Assembly (NCBI GenBank): GCA_021372715.1
Contig: JAJFTX010000045.1
Coordinates: 1-59,784, forward strand
Length of the DNA stretch: 59,784 nucleotides
Source: Methanobacterium sp.
GTDB lineage: Archaea > Methanobacteriota > Methanobacteria > Methanobacteriales > Methanobacteriaceae
Direction: 5' to 3'
Made by a program: the position numbers and the translations under genes. The notes below the pieces were generated by a model. That model saw only the letters and a program-made list of their open reading frames with translations. It searched no databases and was not told the DNA's origin. Shown piece by piece: positions 1 to 9,556 of the stretch; positions within the stretch are counted from its first letter, which is position 1; each line of letters opens with the position of its first letter.

Positions 1-12
1 CCCAGCAGTCAT
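1..12 (-). CDS. First 4 codons of the next A1AO ATP synthase gene after subunit K (probably subunit E); partial, runs off the window
   Basis: ATG at 12..10 on the minus strand, preceded by the GGAGGATAGGAC ribosome-binding-like sequence immediately after the subunit K stop. Gene order H-I-K-E is usual in archaeal operons. Confidence 0.3.
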
Positions 13-23
13 GTCCTATCCTC

Positions 24-509
24 CTATCCGAGAATTCCACCGAAGACCATCAAGAGTATTGCGATCAGGAAACCGTATATAGCCTGGGTTTCTGATAGTG
101 CGGTGAATATAATACCACGAGCAAACATGTCTTCGTCTTCAACAACTGCTCCTACAGCTGAGGAAGCGGTTATACCCTGACCCATACCTGATCCTAAACC
201 TGCAAATCCTATAGCTGCACCAGCACCTATAGCTACTAGACCAGAAGTAACGGGTAAATTTTTTGATGCTCCCATAATTCCTGAGAAAACCAAAAGCAGT
301 ATTGCAATCAGGAAACCGTATATAGCCTGAGTCTCTGGCAGAGCGGTGAATATGATACCACGGGCAAACATGTCCTCATCTTCTGCCACAGCACCTACAC
401 TTCCTGCTGCTGCTATTCCTTGTCCTAATCCTGATCCTAAACCAGCCATACCAACGGCCAAACCTGCGCCGATGGCTGCTAAAGCTGTTCCTAAAACGAC
501 TTCTACCAT
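24..509 (-). CDS. atpK: A1AO ATP synthase proteolipid subunit K, duplicated (two-hairpin) form
   Basis: 161 aa. Two near-identical ~80-aa halves each carry GLGxGxGQG, EDEDMFARGIIFTAL and the ion-binding ETQAIYGF motif. Confidence 0.93.
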   Translation of the reverse strand: MVEVVLGTALAAIGAGLAVGMAGLGSGLGQGIAAAGSVGAVAEDEDMFARGIIFTALPETQAIYGFLIAILLLVFSGIMGASKNLPVTSGLVAIGAGAAIGFAGLGSGMGQGITASSAVGAVVEDEDMFARGIIFTALSETQAIYGFLIAILLMVFGGILG

Positions 510-510
510 T

Positions 511-2520
511 TTATTTACCTCCTAAATCAGTATATTTTCTTTTTGCGCGGAAGGCTCTGAATTTCTGACTTCCACCTATGTAAAACTGAGCAAAATACTC
601 AACGTAATGCAAACGTAATGAATTTATAAAGGCCCCTAAACTCTGGAAGGCCATATTGGCAATATGTCCTCCAATAAATACAATTGGGGCTAAAATTATT
701 CCTATATACGGAATCATATCTCCAACCAGTCCAGTTAATATGTTAACGGTCATGGCTATTCCTCCTGTGGAAAGACATAGAGCTAATAGTCTGGCGTATG
801 ATAATAATGTTCCTAGGAAACCAGTAAGGTCCATAAGACCAAAGGCACCGTTGAAGTAGATGAGCATTATCAAGCTTAAGGCTATAATTGGTCCTCCTAC
901 TATGCCTGCTGTCATCATGTTACCGGTTAAAAGGAACGCGGCTACCAGAGCAACAATACCTGCTTCTAGTACGAACCAGACAATCTGTGCTCCTAAAGCT
1001 TCTCTTGTATCTCCACGGACTATGTTGTTGTAAGCTCCTATGACTAAACCCATGTTGATATGGATTACACCCACAATTAGAGCGATAACTAATATGATTT
1101 CGGGGTGTACAAAAGCGTCAGCTAAGCCTATTGTAGTTGGAAGAGGTGCTCCTCCTAAAATCCATCTGGGGAAAAAGTCTCCAATGAAACCATTTGTCAC
1201 CATTCCCAGAATGAAGGCCCATACACCACAGGCAATCAATACTAAACCAAAACTACCCATAAATTTATTAGTTTTACCCAAACCTTTATATAAAACCACT
1301 CCGATAAGAGCGTCAATTATTCCATAACCCGCATCAGTAAGACAGAATCCAAAGAAGAAGGGGAATACTATCGCCATTAAAATTGTGGGGTCAAATTCCC
1401 GATAGGTTGGGGTGGAATACATATGCACAAAACTCTCATATGGTTTGGCGAACTTGGGGTTATCCAGATGAACTGGTATATCATCCTTCTCAACATCAGG
1501 ATCAGAAACATCAATTACGGAGTGACCTTCGGTGGAGTCTTCAATAATTTGTATAGCTTTATCTAACTTTTTTGCCATGACCCAACCTTCCAGCATCACT
1601 GTGTTCTGGGTCTGGCCGAAGGAAGAATAAATTTCGCTTCTCTGTTTTTCAATTTCAAGTTGCTCTTTTAAAACTGTTAATTCTGGTTTCCACTGTGCAG
1701 ATATAACTGCTAATTCACTTAGTATATCTTTTTTCTCTTTTTCTATGCTTTCTATTCTTGATTCTGCATTTTTGATTATATCACTGGGTTTACCAGTTAC
1801 TCCGGGGAATTCATATCTTTCGAATTCTAGTTTTCTAAGCTGACTGGTAACTTCATCTCCATATTGTTTTCTGGTTATGACGATGAGAATTTTAAATTCT
1901 TTTAGGGCAGCATCGGTGTCAAACAATTCTATTTCATCTGTTAAATTTTTTAAGTTCTCTTTAAACTTTTCAAAAGACGTATTAGAAATTTTTCCAACGA
2001 TGACTGATACATATTCAGATTCTGAAAGGTCTGCTAAATCTATGTTGAAATTAGTTAAATTTTCAGCTACTTTATGTGCATTTTCTAGCTGAGCTTTCTC
2101 AGAATCTAGTTGGTTTAAATTATCTTCGTGAGGTTTGGTTTTTGATTCAACTTCACTAAGTACTTTTTCCACTTTTTTTATTAAATCTTCAACTTCTAGA
2201 GTTTCTACTTCTTTCTTTTCTATTGGCGGAGGGTTGATCATTCCCATAACCATCTTCATCATGCCTTTTTCCCTTTTTCGGACGGAATGTAAAAAATCGA
2301 TAGTACCGGTGGTTTTCATTAAAAGCGAAGAAATACGTCCGGTAAAAGGAGTGGCATGGGATGGTTGAAGGATCTGTTTCCACTCGGCATCTTGTTGTAT
2401 GCGCTCAGATATATCCTGGATTTGTACTAAACCTGCTTCATGTAGTGAACTCACTGCAGAATCAGAGTACTTGTCCAGGGTGATAATACTGAGCTTTTTC
2501 ATCCTGGCTGTTTTAAACAT
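511..2520 (-). CDS. atpI: A1AO ATP synthase subunit I (stator a-subunit)
   Basis: 669 aa. Soluble coiled-coil N-terminal half followed by a polytopic membrane C-terminal half ending in the LRLHYVEYF motif typical of V/A-type subunit a/I. Lies between the H and K genes. Confidence 0.92.
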   Translation of the reverse strand: MFKTARMKKLSIITLDKYSDSAVSSLHEAGLVQIQDISERIQQDAEWKQILQPSHATPFTGRISSLLMKTTGTIDFLHSVRKREKGMMKMVMGMINPPPIEKKEVETLEVEDLIKKVEKVLSEVESKTKPHEDNLNQLDSEKAQLENAHKVAENLTNFNIDLADLSESEYVSVIVGKISNTSFEKFKENLKNLTDEIELFDTDAALKEFKILIVITRKQYGDEVTSQLRKLEFERYEFPGVTGKPSDIIKNAESRIESIEKEKKDILSELAVISAQWKPELTVLKEQLEIEKQRSEIYSSFGQTQNTVMLEGWVMAKKLDKAIQIIEDSTEGHSVIDVSDPDVEKDDIPVHLDNPKFAKPYESFVHMYSTPTYREFDPTILMAIVFPFFFGFCLTDAGYGIIDALIGVVLYKGLGKTNKFMGSFGLVLIACGVWAFILGMVTNGFIGDFFPRWILGGAPLPTTIGLADAFVHPEIILVIALIVGVIHINMGLVIGAYNNIVRGDTREALGAQIVWFVLEAGIVALVAAFLLTGNMMTAGIVGGPIIALSLIMLIYFNGAFGLMDLTGFLGTLLSYARLLALCLSTGGIAMTVNILTGLVGDMIPYIGIILAPIVFIGGHIANMAFQSLGAFINSLRLHYVEYFAQFYIGGSQKFRAFRAKRKYTDLGGK

Positions 2521-2530
2521 GGTATCCTCA

Positions 2531-2845
2531 CTATAAAATGCTTTTCACTATTATTTCTGCAGCTGCATCAACATTATCGGTAGCTTTTTTCTTATTTATT
2601 TCTACCTCTTCGGCAGTTTTATTAGATATTTGGTAAGCTTCCTTTTTTGCATTGGTTTCAGCTTCAAAAAGCATCTTTTCTGCTTCTTCCAGAGCTTCTC
2701 TTTTGGCGTTTTCTATAATTTCTTTCGATTTGGATTCAGCTTCATCAATCATTTCAGATGATTTCTTCTCTGTATCCTCTATTAATTTATCGGCATCGTT
2801 TTCAGCCTTTTTAATGGTTGTAATAGCTTCCGATATCGTTGTCAT
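2531..2845 (-). CDS. atpH: A1AO ATP synthase subunit H
   Basis: About 104 aa, Lys/Glu/Ala-rich helical protein at the head of the H-I-K operon. I prefer the ATG at 2845 (GGTGAT ribosome-binding site 5 nt upstream) over the ORF-track start at 2857. Confidence 0.8.
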   Translation of the reverse strand: MTTISEAITTIKKAENDADKLIEDTEKKSSEMIDEAESKSKEIIENAKREALEEAEKMLFEAETNAKKEAYQISNKTAEEVEINKKKATDNVDAAAEIIVKSIL

Positions 2846-2941
2846 ATAAATCACCATGATATTCCAAAATTTCTCTTGAGTTATATATATCTTTTACTAT
2901 TTAATTCCGGACTTCTTATATCCTTTTTGTTTATTAACGCT

Positions 2942-3823
2942 TTAAACCATTTTAATATCTTCATTTGGATTTCTTTCGTCCACACCATCATAATAAATCT
3001 CATCGGTTTCAATTAATTTTTTGAATGGAGTTTCCTGAGTTTTTTCTTCATGGACATGCGATATTAATGCTGGAATCCTGCCTATCATAAAAATTCCCGT
3101 ACCTAATTTCCAAGTAAATCCCATATCTGATAAAATACCCGCATTAGCCCCATCAACATTTATATGAATATTTTTTCTTTCAAAAAGAATTTTCCCAATG
3201 GCCATAGCCAGCTGGGTATGGTTTCCGTAAAAACCATACTTTTGGGCGGTTTCTATAAGTTTAGGAGCTCTAGGATCTTCTTTATGATAACGATGACCAT
3301 AACCTGGGATTTTCTGGTTTTTCTGCAGATATTCTTCCACTATATTATATGCCAGTAAATTGATATCTTTAGTAGATACAATATTTGACAGAGATAAATC
3401 TAATGTTTGTTCTGCAGTCTCATCAATAACACCATTTTGCAATTTCTCCTGAAGAATTTTCATACATAGTTCCAGAGCACCAGCATGATGTTTTCCGAAG
3501 GCCATAATACCACCAGACACACAAGTATTTAATGGAGAACCAGCGGATGCCATGAGACGAGCTATTTGTGTACTGGGTGGTGTTGTACCATGATCACAGA
3601 AAGATACTAGGACAGCTTCAAGCATGTTAGACTCGTTTTTTGAGGGTTTATTACCATTTATCAACAAATAAACCATATCTGGGAAAGATAGATGTCCAAT
3701 TAATTCTTCCTGCGAATAACCCCTGGTAATAATTCGATTGGGTTCAACTTTGGTTATAGAAGTTTTCCATTTAGGATTTCTAAACTTGAGGAATTCATCC
3801 ATATTTTCGATATTGATTGCCAT
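2942..3823 (-). CDS. Citrate synthase family protein, short form (citryl-CoA lyase-like)
   Basis: Translation carries citrate-synthase-family motifs (GHAGALE-like KHHAGALE, GYGHRYHKxDPR, NVDG...GRIxxxxSHxxEE) but lacks the long N-terminal domain. Start moved to 3823 because the upstream GTG lies inside the GGAGTGAT ribosome-binding site. Confidence 0.75.
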   Translation of the reverse strand: MAINIENMDEFLKFRNPKWKTSITKVEPNRIITRGYSQEELIGHLSFPDMVYLLINGNKPSKNESNMLEAVLVSFCDHGTTPPSTQIARLMASAGSPLNTCVSGGIMAFGKHHAGALELCMKILQEKLQNGVIDETAEQTLDLSLSNIVSTKDINLLAYNIVEEYLQKNQKIPGYGHRYHKEDPRAPKLIETAQKYGFYGNHTQLAMAIGKILFERKNIHINVDGANAGILSDMGFTWKLGTGIFMIGRIPALISHVHEEKTQETPFKKLIETDEIYYDGVDERNPNEDIKMV

Positions 3824-3852
3824 AAATATCACTCCAATATTATTCTAAGACT

Positions 3853-4728
3853 TTAATCATGGGGATGAAAATCAAATGATGATACTCTTGGTTCAACACA
3901 GCAGCACGGCCTAATACTTAATATTCGCACTCCACTGGCTCTTTGAGGTCCTATATTGATGAAAGAACCCAGAGCAGTTACTGAACCACCCAAATTTAAA
4001 GCACCAATTTGATAACTATTGATGGTTTTTGTTAAATCCCTCTCTAATTCTGATTGTATTTCAAGATTTCCATATGCCATGGCTTTAAGCATCAACGATG
4101 TTGCTTCAAAATGTGTCCTACCCACACCTACAGCAGGTATACAGGGAGTACAGCCTAGTTTAGGAAGTTCTAACTTCATAAATTTTTTTATTTCTTCAAA
4201 TATTTCATTATAATCTCTTTTATGAAAAATACTATGGGTTCTTGCCCTTATCTCCGGACCTCCACCTAGCATGAGAATGTGTATCCTTATTTTATCCTGA
4301 TTATTTGGATTTTTTTCTATATCTAGTTGATCTATAATGAAAGATGATGGAATTAATTTTCCTGGTTCATTATAAAGACCTTTTTTTTGTTCTATTCGTT
4401 CTAAATCATTACCTCGAACAGCCATGGGCCTTCCAGGTAGTTCTTGTAATCCCATTTTTATTCCTTCTTTAATTTCTGGAATAAAATTTGCAGGTATAAT
4501 GGAGTCTTCTCCTATTTCTAAGATTACATGGGGGACTCCAGTATCATCACATAGGGGAGTGTTTTTTTCATTTGCTATCTGTGCATTTTCAATTAAAAGC
4601 TTTAGAATCCAGGAAGCCAGAGGATTTACCTCATTTGTAATGGCTTTATGGTAAGCTTTAATCTGATCCTCACGGAATGTTGTACTGGCCTTTATAACGG
4701 CGTTTTTAACTAGATTTATTAGATCCAT
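3853..4728 (-). CDS. Class I fumarate hydratase / tartrate dehydratase alpha-type subunit
   Basis: 291 aa. N-terminal fumarate-lyase class I catalytic region with Cys residues for the Fe-S cluster (PLCDDTG, GCTPCIP). AGGAG ribosome-binding site before the ATG. No beta subunit gene is adjacent. Confidence 0.75.
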   Translation of the reverse strand: MDLINLVKNAVIKASTTFREDQIKAYHKAITNEVNPLASWILKLLIENAQIANEKNTPLCDDTGVPHVILEIGEDSIIPANFIPEIKEGIKMGLQELPGRPMAVRGNDLERIEQKKGLYNEPGKLIPSSFIIDQLDIEKNPNNQDKIRIHILMLGGGPEIRARTHSIFHKRDYNEIFEEIKKFMKLELPKLGCTPCIPAVGVGRTHFEATSLMLKAMAYGNLEIQSELERDLTKTINSYQIGALNLGGSVTALGSFINIGPQRASGVRILSIRPCCCVEPRVSSFDFHPHD

Positions 4729-4785
4729 AACTTCTCCTTTATCATAATTTCTAAGATAAAAATAGTATTATAAAATATAAGTTTA

Positions 4786-5694
4786 TCATTCAGGAATTGC
4801 TAAATCCTTTGACCCCGCTTTAGATGATATTGCTTTAGGATAATAACGTTCTATCATATTTTTGACCAGAAACACCTGTTTTATTCGTTCATTAGCCTCT
4901 TTTGGTGTTGTTTCATAACCATGATGTTGGGCAATGGAACCTCCAGTTTTAAGATAAACTGGTGCTGCTACTCGAATTATGTTGGGAACCTCATAATGCC
5001 TTATAAAACCACCAGATGATTGTGGGTTTTCTGTATGAAAATCTATAGGTATATTTATGGCATTTCTCAAGGCTGCCATCATATTGAGCTGCAGATCCCG
5101 CACTGGATTGAATGAATCAGCACCTAATTCTTCTAATAATTTTGCAGAAGCAGGATTACCATGTCCAGTGTGCGCGGAAACCTTAAAGTGTATATTTTCA
5201 GGAAGTTCATTTGATTCTCTCATTTTTCCCAGAACCCAAAGTAATCCTTCATCATAAACAACTATTCCTCGAACACCAAGCTCTGATGCTCTTTTAACAT
5301 CTTCTATGGCATATAAAAGATTTTCATAACCTCTTAAGCGATATCCTATCCTTGCTCCTTCTTTAGTTTGGGAGGAAGCACTGGTATCATATGTCGCACG
5401 GGGGCCTACGCTTAAAAAAAGTTCTATCTTAGCATCCTTGGCCATTTCTATCATTTCTTCTATTTCAGAATCTGTTAAAAGCATTATGCCTTTGGTTTGA
5501 GTAACCCGATGTAATATCACATCATACTCTTGGGAAGAGTCTAAAAGAGAGGCCATTGCATCTGGTTTTTGGATACCTGGAACTTCAAATCTGTATTGGG
5601 CTCCATCTGAAAATCTAAGATTAGAATCTACTGTTCGATCTACTTGATTTATTCCTAATGTTTTAAGGAATTCCCATGATTGCAAATTAATCAC
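4786..5694 (-). CDS. Conserved hypothetical protein, probable TIM-barrel, resembling the U32-peptidase family core but without any cysteine
   Basis: 302 aa. The alternating beta/alpha pattern and the stretch GVRGIVVYDEGLLWVL...IHFKVSAHTGHGN...LEELGADSF resemble the U32 family core. The true start may be the TTG at 5685. Confidence 0.35.
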   Translation of the reverse strand: MINLQSWEFLKTLGINQVDRTVDSNLRFSDGAQYRFEVPGIQKPDAMASLLDSSQEYDVILHRVTQTKGIMLLTDSEIEEMIEMAKDAKIELFLSVGPRATYDTSASSQTKEGARIGYRLRGYENLLYAIEDVKRASELGVRGIVVYDEGLLWVLGKMRESNELPENIHFKVSAHTGHGNPASAKLLEELGADSFNPVRDLQLNMMAALRNAINIPIDFHTENPQSSGGFIRHYEVPNIIRVAAPVYLKTGGSIAQHHGYETTPKEANERIKQVFLVKNMIERYYPKAISSKAGSKDLAIPE

Positions 5695-5731
5695 TCCGGT
5701 CTATTGGTGGTTAATGGAACTATTATTTGAG

Positions 5732-7084
5732 TTATAATAGAAATGAGTTTAATTCATCCATAAAATTATTTATATTATTATATGAATCCATATTTTCTAT
5801 TATTTCCATTACTTGAATATCCACTTTAGGATTTAATTTTAAAAATTTACCACATATATCAGATTTATCTAAGGGATTTTCCGGTTCACCTAGTGGTAGA
5901 TCAACTATTTTCTCATTTACTTCTTTTTTAGTGGAGATGGATACACGTGATGGTCTAGTGGATGGATATTGTTCATCATATGCGTCATCAATTTCAATTT
6001 TAATTTTTTGGGATAGATCTGAAATTTCATTATCCAGGTCATCGAGGGATGTATAGTTTAATATCAGGTTATCCAATCCATAATAATTATTAAATAGAGC
6101 AACTGCCATTGACACTGGTAAACTTTGTTTCAGGGATTCTGATGTTAGAGGTTGATAATTGTTATGCTCTGCGGCTATTTTATACGTATTAACCCTGATC
6201 TTCTCAATTTCTTTAGGTTTGATGTTTTTCTGGATCGTAATGTCTAGCATCGCATCGATACTGGAGTGTAAATGCCTACAAACAGGGTAGATCTTAAAAT
6301 AAACCTCTAAGATCCTGTAGGTATTCATAAGTAAATCTAGATCTGTTTCGTAAGGATTTATACCTGTCATTGAGGATATAAATCCTTCTTTACCTTCTAA
6401 AATAGTATTTGATCCGGTAAAACCCTTCTCCGCTAATAAAGATGATAAAATTCCAGATTGGGCTGCTTTACCTGCATGTATGTGTTTTCCCATTGAGCCT
6501 GAATGATCGGATATTAGAAGACCGGCTGCTTGGGTCCCGGCCAAACCTAAAGCATTAATTATCTTCTCTGATTTAAGATTCATAGCTTTGCTGGCTGCTG
6601 CTGCTGCACCAAATGTTCCACAAGTACCGGTACTGTGAAATCCTCTACTGCGATGAGCAGGATTAACCAACATTCCCACTACAATGGCTATTTGATATCC
6701 AACCACTATGGACTCTATTAATTCCTTTCCAGTTTTATTCCGGGCTTCACATATAGAAAGAGCTGCAGGCATAACACATGTCCCGGGATGAAGTTGTGCT
6801 CTACGGTGTCCATCATCCAAGTCAAGTGAATGGGCGAATATTCCATTGGCCAATCCGGCTTCAATAGCACTTGATTTTCCTTCACCAATAACTGTAGATT
6901 CGTTATTGGTATTGATGATACTTTTTATAGCTTTACCACTATCAGTTTCAGATCCTCTTAAGGCTACACCTAAAAAATCAATAAAACATTGTTTAGCTTT
7001 AGTAACCACAGTTTCTGGCAGCTGTTCATATTTCAGGGAATTTATATATTCCGTTAACTTTGCAGTAATCATTTTATATCTCAT
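5732..7084 (-). CDS. MmgE/PrpD family protein (2-methylcitrate dehydratase-like)
   Basis: 450 aa with PrpD-family features (AHSLDLDDGH, GTCGTFGAAAAA). Its ATG overlaps the tiaS stop in an ATGA arrangement. Confidence 0.85.
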   Translation of the reverse strand: MRYKMITAKLTEYINSLKYEQLPETVVTKAKQCFIDFLGVALRGSETDSGKAIKSIINTNNESTVIGEGKSSAIEAGLANGIFAHSLDLDDGHRRAQLHPGTCVMPAALSICEARNKTGKELIESIVVGYQIAIVVGMLVNPAHRSRGFHSTGTCGTFGAAAAASKAMNLKSEKIINALGLAGTQAAGLLISDHSGSMGKHIHAGKAAQSGILSSLLAEKGFTGSNTILEGKEGFISSMTGINPYETDLDLLMNTYRILEVYFKIYPVCRHLHSSIDAMLDITIQKNIKPKEIEKIRVNTYKIAAEHNNYQPLTSESLKQSLPVSMAVALFNNYYGLDNLILNYTSLDDLDNEISDLSQKIKIEIDDAYDEQYPSTRPSRVSISTKKEVNEKIVDLPLGEPENPLDKSDICGKFLKLNPKVDIQVMEIIENMDSYNNINNFMDELNSFLL

Positions 7085-8427
7085 CTATCAATTCGGCATC
7101 TGATTAATGGTTTACTTAAATGTCTTCTTGCTGAAGGAGGAACTTCATAAAAACCTTTTTTAAGAGTTCTATTAATTTCTAAAAGTATCTTGTTATCATC
7201 TTTGATTTTCCGCCCACATTTGGGGCATTTATATCCTTTATTTTTTCCTGCAGATTTCATCCGTTTACCGCATGAGCATAAAGGATTAATAGTATTATAA
7301 GCCTTTGCAAGTTCAATTATCTTAAATTTTTCAACATTCAGGGTTCCTTTTTCTCCTATTCCTCCGTAAACTTTTATAAAATCGCCCTTAATTAGTTGTT
7401 TAAATATATCCCGGAAACCTTTAGTTGGTTCATAGGCTGCACATTCTATGCTTCCGGAGTCATCCCTTAACTTTAAAATTACATGACCCCCTGCAATAAC
7501 ATGAGGATTATCAGCTACCTCTCCCTTAACGATATAACAGTTGTATTTAGTCATGTTAGAAATCTGGTTGATTTTTAATAAATGCTGGTCAGTATGCTGA
7601 TTAGTAATAAAAATCGCTGTTCTTTCTATTGGTTCACATGATTTAATCATATCATGTGCCTTTTTGACACAATCAGAAGTTTCACCCCTTATACCCCATA
7701 ATATAGGGCAAGGAGTGTGTGGTTCAATGGCGATGTAACCTTCTTCCTCATCGAGATTATCAAAGGTACAGGGATAGGTAATCTGGTCCATCTTCAGAAC
7801 TGATTCGTATTTAATCCTTCTTTTAGTACCATAATTTAAGGGGATTCGGTAGGCTAAAAGTTCAAATGTTCTATCTTCTAAAGGACAGCCTATAGAGGCT
7901 AATGCTCCTATGATTCCTCTGCCTTTTTTGAATTTATAAATTTCTGCTCCAATTAAATCTGCTGTTTTTTCTGCATCTTCAATAGTGACCAAATTACGCA
8001 CGGTATTCTGGGCATAATCTTCTAAAACCTTGGGTAAAAATAGTTCATCATCAAGATCATCAATATCTATGTTTGTGACATCCATTTTTTGTTTATAAAA
8101 TACCACACCCGGATTGGTATTTTCTTCTTCAAGATGTGATAACTTTTCAACACCATTAAGAATAAGATTTTTAGCTGTTTCAAATTCTTCATTGGACTTT
8201 ACTAGCAATTTAAAGGAAACAGCCCCGTTACCCCTGGTTTTAAACCTTGCAAATGGATTTAAACGAATTAACCGGGGATAACCTATGATTTGGAAACCGT
8301 AATCTTTAAGTTCATCCATCACCACAGCAGTTATATAAGTGGTGCACATTCCTCGACTGGAATCAGTATCATCGATACCCACATATATTATATCATACAT
8401 ATTTTCATTGCACATTTCATAATACAT
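7081..8427 (-). CDS. tiaS: tRNA(Ile2) 2-agmatinylcytidine synthetase TiaS
   Basis: VGIDDTDS...GMCTTY N-terminal signature, OB-fold region and a C-terminal CxxC...CPKC zinc ribbon. The start is uncertain (8427, 8415 or 8400). The ORF-track start at 8469 would overlap the divergent gene. Confidence 0.85.
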   Translation of the reverse strand: MYYEMCNENMYDIIYVGIDDTDSSRGMCTTYITAVVMDELKDYGFQIIGYPRLIRLNPFARFKTRGNGAVSFKLLVKSNEEFETAKNLILNGVEKLSHLEEENTNPGVVFYKQKMDVTNIDIDDLDDELFLPKVLEDYAQNTVRNLVTIEDAEKTADLIGAEIYKFKKGRGIIGALASIGCPLEDRTFELLAYRIPLNYGTKRRIKYESVLKMDQITYPCTFDNLDEEEGYIAIEPHTPCPILWGIRGETSDCVKKAHDMIKSCEPIERTAIFITNQHTDQHLLKINQISNMTKYNCYIVKGEVADNPHVIAGGHVILKLRDDSGSIECAAYEPTKGFRDIFKQLIKGDFIKVYGGIGEKGTLNVEKFKIIELAKAYNTINPLCSCGKRMKSAGKNKGYKCPKCGRKIKDDNKILLEINRTLKKGFYEVPPSARRHLSKPLIRCRIDR

Positions 8428-8463
8428 AAATTTTACCAGGTGGTCCCTATGAGTGGCATCCCC

Positions 8464-9453
8464 ATGCACAGAGATCAGGTCTTAATCGAGATAACCGAAC
8501 TTCTATCTAATCATGGTTTTGAAACATCTAATATATATGATAGAAGCTGTTTTGATATGGTTGCTCGTCGTGAATTAATTCTTCTTTTACTTAAAGTTTT
8601 AATTAATGTAGATGGCTTCAGCAGCCAGCAGGCCCAGGAAATAAAAAGATTAGCCCATACCTTCCTGGCTTCTCCTTTAATTGTAGGGTTTAAATCTAAA
8701 ACAGAACCTTTAGAGGAAGATGTTGTATATGAAAGACATGGAATTCCAGTTGTAGCCCCGGAGACACTACGTAATATGGTGGTGGATGATGTATATCCAG
8801 AAATTTTAGCTGATCGAGGGGGTTACTATGTAAATATAGATGGTGATGCCATCAAAGAAATGAGAATGAAGCAGAATCTATCCCTGAAAGATGTGGCAGA
8901 TATAGCCCATGTGTCCCGAGAGACCATCTATAAATATGAGCATGGAATTGTTCGTGCTGTTCCAGAAACGGCCATGATTCTGGAAAGTATATTGAATATG
9001 AAAATAACACTTTCTATAGACCCATTTAAAGTACCCGATACTAAATCAGACATAATTAAATCAAAAGAATCTAACAAAGAAGCTGATAAATCTAATAATC
9101 AGGAATTGAACCAGAAAGAACCTAAGGAACTTATTAAACTTGGTTTTGGAGTTATACCTACCAATAAAACACCATTCGATGCCATTGCCCAGACAAATTA
9201 TAAAAAAACTGCAGAAAAACAGAATACACTACTAACAAACCTGGAAAAAAATAGAAATAAGAAGATCTTAAAAAAAATGGCACTGAATATTAAAGACCTA
9301 TCTGATATAACCAAAAAAGAAGCAGTTTTTATAATGGAAAGTAAGCGTATCATTGAATGCATTGAGGGCATACCAGCAGTAAATATCGGCGAAATATGTG
9401 AAATGGAAAACTGTCGAGAATTCATTCGTTTATTAAAGGAAAGGAAAAATTAA
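8464..9453 (+). CDS. Putative HTH-type (cro/C1) transcriptional regulatory protein conserved in methanogens
   Basis: Begins MHRDQVLIEITELLSNHGFE. Central HTH: LSLKDVADIAHVSRETIYKYEHG. The part of the track ORF upstream of 8464 is antisense to tiaS and looks spurious. Confidence 0.75.
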   Translation: MHRDQVLIEITELLSNHGFETSNIYDRSCFDMVARRELILLLLKVLINVDGFSSQQAQEIKRLAHTFLASPLIVGFKSKTEPLEEDVVYERHGIPVVAPETLRNMVVDDVYPEILADRGGYYVNIDGDAIKEMRMKQNLSLKDVADIAHVSRETIYKYEHGIVRAVPETAMILESILNMKITLSIDPFKVPDTKSDIIKSKESNKEADKSNNQELNQKEPKELIKLGFGVIPTNKTPFDAIAQTNYKKTAEKQNTLLTNLEKNRNKKILKKMALNIKDLSDITKKEAVFIMESKRIIECIEGIPAVNIGEICEMENCREFIRLLKERKN

Positions 9454-9556
9454 ACATTAAAAAAGTTCACTCAAAAGGGAAAACTAAATAATTCTTAATT
9501 TTTTTAAGCAGCCTGAATTTTTTAATAACCAAATCACAATTTTTTATTATATTAAT

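Noticed and set aside
4761-4767. Isolated AATAGTA / TACTATT half-sites (e.g. 4761, 2895, about 35662, about 36232) as additional operator copies
   Set aside because: A 7-mer this AT-rich is expected many times by chance in this DNA. Only the full palindromes were kept as evidence.
8290-8463. N-terminal 58-aa extension of the HTH regulator ORF
   Set aside because: This part is antisense to the tiaS 5-prime end and reads as His/Ile-rich nonsense. The conserved protein starts at MHRDQVL (8464).
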